Positions 57,814-64,000 of a DNA stretch of 64,000 nucleotides are shown here, piece by piece. Both the position numbers and the translations under genes were made by a program. Positions within the stretch are counted from its first letter, which is position 1; every line of letters starts with the position of its first letter. Below the pieces are notes generated by a model. It was not told the DNA's origin, did no database searches, and worked only from the letters and a program-made list of their open reading frames with translations. Origin of the DNA: an uncultured Acidobacteriota bacterium (GTDB lineage: Bacteria; Acidobacteriota; Thermoanaerobaculia; UBA5066; Gp7-AA6); assembly GCA_963764025.1 (NCBI GenBank), contig CAVXRK010000009.1, positions 175,442-239,441 on the forward strand, written 5' to 3'.

Positions 57814-59792
57814 TCTTTCTGTGTCCGGTGAATCGTTTCCGTCTTGCCGCCTTCGGGGGCGGTGATCTCGACGCTACGCCCCCCGTCGGTGATCGTCAAG
57901 ATGGCCCCGGCCACCCGGTTGCCCCCGGCCTCCGTGACGCGCGCGGGCGAACCCCAGAGGACGGTCTTTCCCGCCTTGGGCGAGTCGAGCGCCTTCTCGG
58001 CTTCGGCCGATCGCCCGACCGACCGGTCCGTCATCTTCACGTCGCCCGAGATCTCGACGCTCTCGATCTGGCCGTCCTTGTCGAGCCAGGCCGTCGATGT
58101 GCTGCCGGTCGAGCGCCAGCCGCCGCGGGTGACCCCGACGCCGCCATCGAATCGCGCGCTCCGGTCCGACTCGGTGTAGAGCAGGCGGCTCGCCGTGATC
58201 ACCGAGGCCGGCCGCGGCGCGGCGCCGGCGGTCTTCGCCGGCGCAGGCGCCATGACGGCCCGCACCTGCCCGTCGGCGCGGACGGTCCGATCGGCGTCGG
58301 AGAGAACGATCGTGTCGGCGAAGAGCGAGGAGTCCTCCTGCCACAGCGTCGCCGAGCCGGTCAGGGTCGCGAGGTGGCGGGCGTCCTCGAGGAGGATGCG
58401 GTTTGCCTTCGCGAACGTCGGCTTCTTCGGGTCGCCCACGAAGGCCGTTCGGTTGACCTTTTTCTGGGCGTCGGGGCTGAAGACGGCGCGGGCGCGGCCG
58501 TCGCCGCGGACGGTCTGCTTTGCGCGGTCGAGCTCGATCGTCTCGGCCGAAAGCTTCGAGCCGGCGCTGTCGACGTGCGCGGCCCGCGCGGGCTCGCCGG
58601 TCAGGACCCAGACGTCCCCTTCGGGGCGCTGGACGGCGCGCGCGGCCTGTCCGGCGCGTCCGTCGGCCTCGACGCGGACGTCGCCCGTGAGCGCGACGTT
58701 CCGCGCCGTGCCGTCCCGGCCGAGCTCGAGGCTTACCTTGCGCGCGTCGGCGTGCCCTCCCGGAAAGTCGACGCGCACGTCTCCGTCGGCGGTCGCGGCC
58801 GAGGCTTCGCCGTTCTTGAAGCCGATCTCGATCCGCTTTGCCGTGATCCGACGCGCCCCCTCCGACATCGTGGCGGGCGCTCCGGTCAGAACGACCGACC
58901 GCGTCTTTCCGCTCGCGTCGAAGGCGAGGTTCGCTTCCTCGCCGGCGTAAGGCCGTTCGGGCCGAGGGCCAGCGGCCTTGCTGTCCGCCGGGGCGGGCCC
59001 GCCCGCGAGAAGCCCCCGGACGTTGCCGCTCGCGCGCGCCGACGAGGGCTTTCCTCCTTGGGCCGCCATCTGCAGCTCGAGCCGGTCGGCCGCGAGGCGG
59101 TCGCCGGCGCCCGACGAAGCGTCCACGACCTCGAGCTCCACCAGGCCGGTGTCCCGGCGGTAGAGGCCCTGGCGGGCCGTGAGCTTGGACAGCGTGCCGT
59201 CGCGCTCCGCGGTGGCGGTTCCCTCGACCGGCCCCGCGAAACGCACGATCCGTTGGGTCAGGTCGTAGACCGCGGAGGGCGCCGTGAACCGGCTCGTTCC
59301 CTGCGTCAGCACGACCCGACCCGGCGCCTCGAGACGGCGCGTCCTGGGCTTGAAGAGGATCTGGTCGGTCGTCGCGACGGTGTCCTCGCGGTCTTTCCAG
59401 CGGACGTTGCCGGAGAGGCGCGACTCGCGGGTTCGTTCGTCGTAGTCGGCGCGGTCGGAATGGACGGTCACCGGGGGCCCGTCCTCCGGATAGACCGTCA
59501 GCTCGACCTTCTCCCCGGCGTAGAGGTTCGGGGCGAGCCCCGCCGCGGGCCCATAGCCGATGGTGCGGTCCGCCTTGATCCGCATGAGAGGCTTGCCGCC
59601 GACCGACTCGGTGAAGTCGAAGCCTTCCAGGAGCGTCGTGGCCTCTCCCGACGCCTCGGGCGCCGGCGGGATGGCGGCTCCCCGGCGCCCGGCCTCGGGC
59701 CGGCGCCCCGGCCGGAAAGAGATCCCCAGCACGACGAGAAAGATCGCCGCGAGCGCGACGACCGCGAGCTCGAGCCTTCGCCGCGGTCTCAT
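57810..59792 (-). CDS. Membrane-anchored LptC-like plus repeated LptA/OstA-like beta-jellyroll protein (660 aa)
   Basis: Last 660 aa of ORF 57810..61484 from ATG at 59792 (ATGA overlap with the recJ stop). N-terminal [22 protein letters not shown], then at least 4 degenerate OstA-like modules (A..L........A.L.G.V....D). Sits in the position normally held by lptC-lptA upstream of lptB. Confidence 0.7.
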   Translation of the reverse strand: MRPRRRLELAVVALAAIFLVVLGISFRPGRRPEAGRRGAAIPPAPEASGEATTLLEGFDFTESVGGKPLMRIKADRTIGYGPAAGLAPNLYAGEKVELTVYPEDGPPVTVHSDRADYDERTRESRLSGNVRWKDREDTVATTDQILFKPRTRRLEAPGRVVLTQGTSRFTAPSAVYDLTQRIVRFAGPVEGTATAERDGTLSKLTARQGLYRRDTGLVELEVVDASSGAGDRLAADRLELQMAAQGGKPSSARASGNVRGLLAGGPAPADSKAAGPRPERPYAGEEANLAFDASGKTRSVVLTGAPATMSEGARRITAKRIEIGFKNGEASAATADGDVRVDFPGGHADARKVSLELGRDGTARNVALTGDVRVEADGRAGQAARAVQRPEGDVWVLTGEPARAAHVDSAGSKLSAETIELDRAKQTVRGDGRARAVFSPDAQKKVNRTAFVGDPKKPTFAKANRILLEDARHLATLTGSATLWQEDSSLFADTIVLSDADRTVRADGQVRAVMAPAPAKTAGAAPRPASVITASRLLYTESDRSARFDGGVGVTRGGWRSTGSTSTAWLDKDGQIESVEISGDVKMTDRSVGRSAEAEKALDSPKAGKTVLWGSPARVTEAGGNRVAGAILTITDGGRSVEITAPEGGKTETIHRTQKD

Positions 59793-61555
59793 TCCGCCGC
59801 GCCCTCCGGCCGCGCGGCCAGGATCTCGGCCCGCGCCGCGAACCCGCGGCTTCTCTCGAGGCGGTACAGGACGTCCATCGCGTCGCCTCGGGCCGTCAGG
59901 GCTTCGAGCTCCGGGCCGGGTCTCCAGGCGATTGCCCCGATCGTTCGCGAGCCGTCGCCGAGCCGGCCGCGCCGTCCCGAGGCCCCGACGGGAGAGAACG
60001 GAGCGGCGGCGCGCACGCCCCGCGCCAGGAAGACGGGAGCGGGGTTGCCCGAGCCGTGCGGCTCGAGTCGGCCGAGCTCGGCGCAGAGCGCCTCGCCGAT
60101 CGCGGCGAGGGGAAGCTCGGCGTCGGCCTCGTCCACTCGCTCGAGCGCCTCGGCCGGAACGCGCGCGGCGAACAGTTCCTGCGCCTCGCGGCGGAACGCG
60201 TCGAAGCGGTCCGCGGGCAGGCTTCCGCCGACGGCCTGGCTGTGACCGCCGAAATCCGTGAAGCGATGCGCGATCTCCGACAGCACGGCATGCAGCGAGA
60301 CGCCCGGGATGCTCCGCCCGGACCCGCTCGCCCGGTCCCCGTGAATCCCGAAGAGCAGGACGGGCCGGTGGTATTCCCGCGCCAGCCGCGAGGCCGCGAT
60401 TCCGAGGACGCCGCGGTGCCAGCCGGGATCGGCCTCGATGAGGACCGAGTGCGTTCCGGCGTCCGGTCCGCCTTCGATCCGGGCCCGCGCCTCGTCCACC
60501 ACGCGGCGCTCGAGGGCCTGGCGCTCGGCGTTTCCCGCCGAGAGCTCGCGCGCGATCGACGCGGCGCGCTCGCCGTCCGGCTCCTCGAAGAGCGACAGCG
60601 CCAGCATCGCGGTGTCGACCCGGCCGGCGGCGTTCAGCCGCGGGCCGATCCGGAAGGCGACGTCCTCGGAGGTCGGAGCGACGCCGGGCGCGAGGCCGGC
60701 CTCGGCGAGAAGGGCCCGGATCCCCGGGGACCGCGCCGCGGCGAGCGCGGCGAGTCCCGCGGCGGCGATCGAGCGGTTCTCCCCCGTCAGCGGCACGAGG
60801 TCGGCGATCGTTCCGAGACAGGCCGCGCGCAGGAGCGATTCGGGCGAAAGCCGGACTCCGGCGCGGCGCGCGACGGCGAGCGCGATCTTCATGGCGATCC
60901 CGGTCGCCGCGAGCTCCTTCTCGGGGTAGTCGCAGCCCGGCTGCCGCGGATTGACGACGATCGCACCGGCGGGCAGCTCCGACGGCACGAGGTGGTGGTC
61001 GGTGACGATGACCTCGACTCCGGCCTCCCGCGCGCAGGCGACGCCCTCGACCGCGGTGATTCCGCAGTCGACCGTCACGATCGCGCTGGGCGACAGCTCG
61101 GCGATCACGCGGCGCACGGTCTCGGGTTTCAGGCCGTAGCCGTCGCGCAGTCGGTGCGGGATGAACGCCGCCGCCTCCGCTCCCGCGAGGCGCAGGGCCG
61201 CGCGCAGCTGCGCGACGGCCGTGACGCCGTCGACGTCGTAGTCGCCGAAGACGACGACGCGGCCTCCGCGCCGGCCGGTCGAGACGAGGAGCTCGGCGGC
61301 GGCGCCGACGTTCAGCATCCGGTCGGGTTCGTGAAAGGGGCCCTCCCCCGGGGCAAGGAACGCGCGGGCCTCCGCGGCGCCGCGGACTCCGCGCCGCCGG
61401 AGGAGCCGCGCGAGGAGCGTCGAAACGCCGGCCTCGCGGGAAAGCCTCTCGGTTTCGGCCGGATCGTCGCCGGCGAGCCGCCACTTCCCCACCCTCGGGA
61501 TCATCGCCGCCCGGCCGGTCAATTCGTGTCCTCGCGCGGCCCGCGCGATGCTCAC
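59789..61555 (-). CDS. recJ: Single-stranded-DNA-specific exonuclease RecJ
   Basis: DHH motifs (VFGDYDVDGVT, VTDHH) and DHHA1 (GGHSQAVG). GTG at 61555 gives a GTGA overlap with the accA stop. ATG at 61504 is an alternative start. Confidence 0.9.
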   Translation of the reverse strand: MSIARAARGHELTGRAAMIPRVGKWRLAGDDPAETERLSREAGVSTLLARLLRRRGVRGAAEARAFLAPGEGPFHEPDRMLNVGAAAELLVSTGRRGGRVVVFGDYDVDGVTAVAQLRAALRLAGAEAAAFIPHRLRDGYGLKPETVRRVIAELSPSAIVTVDCGITAVEGVACAREAGVEVIVTDHHLVPSELPAGAIVVNPRQPGCDYPEKELAATGIAMKIALAVARRAGVRLSPESLLRAACLGTIADLVPLTGENRSIAAAGLAALAAARSPGIRALLAEAGLAPGVAPTSEDVAFRIGPRLNAAGRVDTAMLALSLFEEPDGERAASIARELSAGNAERQALERRVVDEARARIEGGPDAGTHSVLIEADPGWHRGVLGIAASRLAREYHRPVLLFGIHGDRASGSGRSIPGVSLHAVLSEIAHRFTDFGGHSQAVGGSLPADRFDAFRREAQELFAARVPAEALERVDEADAELPLAAIGEALCAELGRLEPHGSGNPAPVFLARGVRAAAPFSPVGASGRRGRLGDGSRTIGAIAWRPGPELEALTARGDAMDVLYRLERSRGFAARAEILAARPEGAAE

Positions 61556-62514
61556 GTCGCCGCGGCGGTCTCGAAACGGCCCAGCGCGCGCAGGCGCCGG
61601 TAGCGGCGCTCGCGCCGCTCTTCGGCCGTCAGGTCGGCGACCTCGCGCAGGTGCCGCTCGATCGCCTCCCCGATCGCGGCCGCGGCGCCCGGGGGGTCGG
61701 CGTGCGCGCCACCCGGGGGCTCGGGCACGATCTCGTCGATGACGTCGAGCTCGGCGAGGTCTTTGGCGGTCAGCTTCAGGGCCTCCGCCGCGTCCTTCTT
61801 GCGGGCGGCGTCCTTCCAGAGGATGGCCGCGCAGCCCTCCGGCGAGATGACGGAGTAGATCGAGTGCTCGAGCATCAGGACGCGGTCGCCGATCCCGAGG
61901 GCCAGAGCGCCTCCGGAGCCGCCTTCCCCGGTGACGGCGACGATGATCGGCACGTGGAAGCGGGCCATCGCCTTCAGGTTGACGGCGATCGCCTCGGCCT
62001 GGCCGCGCTCCTCGGCGTCGATGCCGGGATACGCGCCCGCCGTGTCGATGAAGGAGAGGATCGGGCGGCCGAACTTCTCGGCGAGCTCCATGACGCGGAG
62101 CGCCTTGCGGAAGCCGTCCGGCCGCGGCATGCCGAAGTTCCGGCGGATCTTCTCCTTGGTGTCCCGGCCCTTCTGGTGCCCGACGATCGCGACCGGCCGG
62201 CCGCGAAACTCGCCGAAGCCGGCGACCACGGCCGGGTCCTCGGAGAACTTCCGGTCGCCGTGGAGCTCGACGAACTCGGTCACGAGAACCTGGACGTAGT
62301 CGAGGGTGTACGGGCGGGCCGGGTGGCGGGCGACGAGCGTCTTCTGCCAGGGGGTCAGGCTCGAGTACACCTCGCGGGAGACCCGGTCGAGCTTCTCGCG
62401 AAGCTTCTCGATCTCCTTGCGCCTCCCGGCGTCGTCGGGGAGCGCGGAAAGCTCCTCGATCCGGCGGCGCAGACGGGTGATGGGCTCCTCGAAGTGGCCG
62501 TTCTCGGGGTTCAC
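61552..62514 (-). CDS. accA: Acetyl-CoA carboxylase carboxyltransferase alpha subunit
   Basis: 320 aa from GTG at 62514 (in frame with ORF 61552..63417). ARHPARPYTLDY, FIDTAGAYPG, GEGGSGGALA. Confidence 0.93.
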   Translation of the reverse strand: MNPENGHFEEPITRLRRRIEELSALPDDAGRRKEIEKLREKLDRVSREVYSSLTPWQKTLVARHPARPYTLDYVQVLVTEFVELHGDRKFSEDPAVVAGFGEFRGRPVAIVGHQKGRDTKEKIRRNFGMPRPDGFRKALRVMELAEKFGRPILSFIDTAGAYPGIDAEERGQAEAIAVNLKAMARFHVPIIVAVTGEGGSGGALALGIGDRVLMLEHSIYSVISPEGCAAILWKDAARKKDAAEALKLTAKDLAELDVIDEIVPEPPGGAHADPPGAAAAIGEAIERHLREVADLTAEERRERRYRRLRALGRFETAAAT

Positions 62515-62520
62515 GGATTG

Positions 62521-62526
62521 ATTGTA
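62521..62526 (-). promoter_or_regulatory. Candidate -10 box TACAAT, 6 nt upstream of the accA GTG
   Basis: The minus strand reads ggTACAATcaatccGTG, inside the 29-nt priA-accA spacer. No SD. Confidence 0.3.
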
Positions 62527-62543
62527 CCGGCTGGGGAACCGGG

Positions 62544-64000
62544 CTACATCAGGTCCTGCGGATCGACGTCCACCGCGAGCTGAGTGCCGGCCGGGGCCCG
62601 GTCGGGGACGGCGGCCTCGAGGGCCGCGAGAACGGCCCGCCGGTCGGCGGCGCGCACGAGGATCTGGAATCGCCAGCGCCCCTGGAGCCGCTCGAGGGGA
62701 GCCGGCGCCGGGCCCGAGATCCGCAGCTCGCCGCCGCTCGCCCGGAGCGCTTCTCCGACGCCGCGCGCCGCGGCCTCGGCCCGGTCGCGGTTGGCGGACG
62801 AAGCGAGGATCGCGGCGAGCTCGCTGTACGGCGGGTAGAAGAAGGCGCGACGGAACTCGAGCTCCTGCCGTGCGAAGGTCTCCGCGTCGTGCCGGGCCGC
62901 GAGCACGACCGCCGGGTGCGACGGGTGAAACGTCTGGACGTGGACGGTGCCCGGCGAGTCGCCGCGCCCGGCGCGCCCCGCGACCTGCGCGAGGAGCTGA
63001 AACGTCTTCTCCGCCGAGCGAAAGTCCGGAAAGTGGAGCAGCGTGTCGGCCGAGAGAACGCCGACGGCGGTGACCCCCGGAAAGTCGTGGCCCTTGGCGA
63101 CCATCTGGGTCCCGATCAGGCAGGATGCCCGTCCCGACTGGAACTCCTCGATGACCGCCGCCGCGCCGCGCCGGCGGGCCGTGTCCCGGTCGAGCACGAC
63201 GCTCGCCACACCCGGGAAGAGCCCGGCGAACCGGTCGGCCACGCGCTCGGTGCCGGCGCCGATCGCCTCGAGCAGTCCGCCGCCGCACTCGGGGCAGCGC
63301 GCGGGCCGCGGCACGCGCTCCCCGCAGTAGTGACACACGAGGCGCTGTCCGCGCTCGTGCACGGTCCGCGCGACGCTGCAGCGGGAGCACCGGAAGTCGT
63401 GGCCGCAGTCCCGGCACAGGAGAAACGGCGCGAACCCGCGGCGGGGCTGGAGCAGGATCGCCTGCTCGCCCCGGGCGAAGACCTCCTGCAGGCGCTCGAC
63501 GAGCGGCCGCGAGAAGAGCGGGACGCCCTTCTCCTCCGGTCGGGCCGTCTCCCGCCGCAGGTCGACGATCGTGACCGACGGGAGCGGCCGCGACGCGATC
63601 CGCTCGGGCAGCGTCAGCCGCGTGACGCGGCCCCGTTCGGCGGCGTGAAACGCCTCGACGGACGGCGTCGCCGAGCCGAACACGAGGGCCGCACCGTTCT
63701 CGCGGGCGCGCAGGGCGACGACCTCGCGGGCATCGTAGCGGGGCGATTCGCGCTGCTTGTACGACGTGTCGTGCTCCTCGTCGACGATGAACAGGCCGGG
63801 ATCCTCGACGGGCGCGAAGGCCGCCGAGCGCGGTCCGATGACGGCGAGCGCCTCCCCCGCGCGCACGCGGTCCCAGGCCTCGGCGCGCTCGCGTTCCGAG
63901 AGCGCGGAGTGCAGGACGGCCGCGCGTTCCGGGAATTGCCGCCGGAGCTCGCGGGCGAAGACCGGCGTCAGCGAGATCTCGGGCACGAGCCAGATCGCGC
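62544..64000 (-). CDS. priA: Primosomal protein N' (PriA helicase), 5' end beyond window end
   Basis: ORF 62544..63986 continues in frame to the window edge (..LVPEISLT). DEEHD box and the Cys-rich zinc region CRDCG..CSRC..CHYCG..CPECG. Confidence 0.9.
   Translation of the reverse strand, partial: AIWLVPEISLTPVFARELRRQFPERAAVLHSALSERERAEAWDRVRAGEALAVIGPRSAAFAPVEDPGLFIVDEEHDTSYKQRESPRYDAREVVALRARENGAALVFGSATPSVEAFHAAERGRVTRLTLPERIASRPLPSVTIVDLRRETARPEEKGVPLFSRPLVERLQEVFARGEQAILLQPRRGFAPFLLCRDCGHDFRCSRCSVARTVHERGQRLVCHYCGERVPRPARCPECGGGLLEAIGAGTERVADRFAGLFPGVASVVLDRDTARRRGAAAVIEEFQSGRASCLIGTQMVAKGHDFPGVTAVGVLSADTLLHFPDFRSAEKTFQLLAQVAGRAGRGDSPGTVHVQTFHPSHPAVVLAARHDAETFARQELEFRRAFFYPPYSELAAILASSANRDRAEAAARGVGEALRASGGELRISGPAPAPLERLQGRWRFQILVRAADRRAVLAALEAAVPDRAPAGTQLAVDVDPQDLM

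Overview
This is a high-GC (about 70%) bacterial chromosomal segment. The gene content fits a Gram-negative, Acidobacteriota-like organism (PEGA-domain kinase, sigma-54, HprK, Lpt machinery, many secreted M28 peptidases), but that lineage guess is low confidence.

I can support about 60 protein genes, and almost all are housekeeping or central metabolism:
- a thiolase-hbd-crt module
- xerD
- an operon for B12-dependent lysine / beta-lysine degradation (kdd, kamD, kamE, kal, kce), co-transcribed with a permease and a PSMA-like peptidase
- guaA, dnaE, metK-ahcY and parAB
- the miaB to priA stretch, which includes a long lptC/A-like - lptB - rpoN - hpf - ptsN - hprK - rapZ - EIIA(Man) - ptsH - ptsI string

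I found no rRNA, tRNA, CRISPR array, IS element, prophage or obvious defence island. Many of the longest ORFs in the track (for example 30980..37900, 22337..25663, 7900..10224, 235..1896) are antisense or off-frame shadows typical of high-GC DNA, not genes.

The most notable features are:
1. The lysine-fermentation operon, joined by 4-nt GTGA overlaps at every junction.
2. At least 12 single-base frame disruptions, 9 of them between 10.2 and 26.2 kb. These look like assembly indels, though real pseudogenes are possible.
3. A recurring -10-like hexamer 6-10 nt upstream of the start codon of operon-leading genes that lack a Shine-Dalgarno, which suggests leaderless transcripts.
4. Single-polypeptide LptF-LptG and LptC-LptA-like fusions.

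I did not find convincing evidence of a wholly new system. The findings are ranked with that in mind. All motif coordinates were counted by hand and anchored to ORF-track frames, so small motifs may be off by 1-2 nt.
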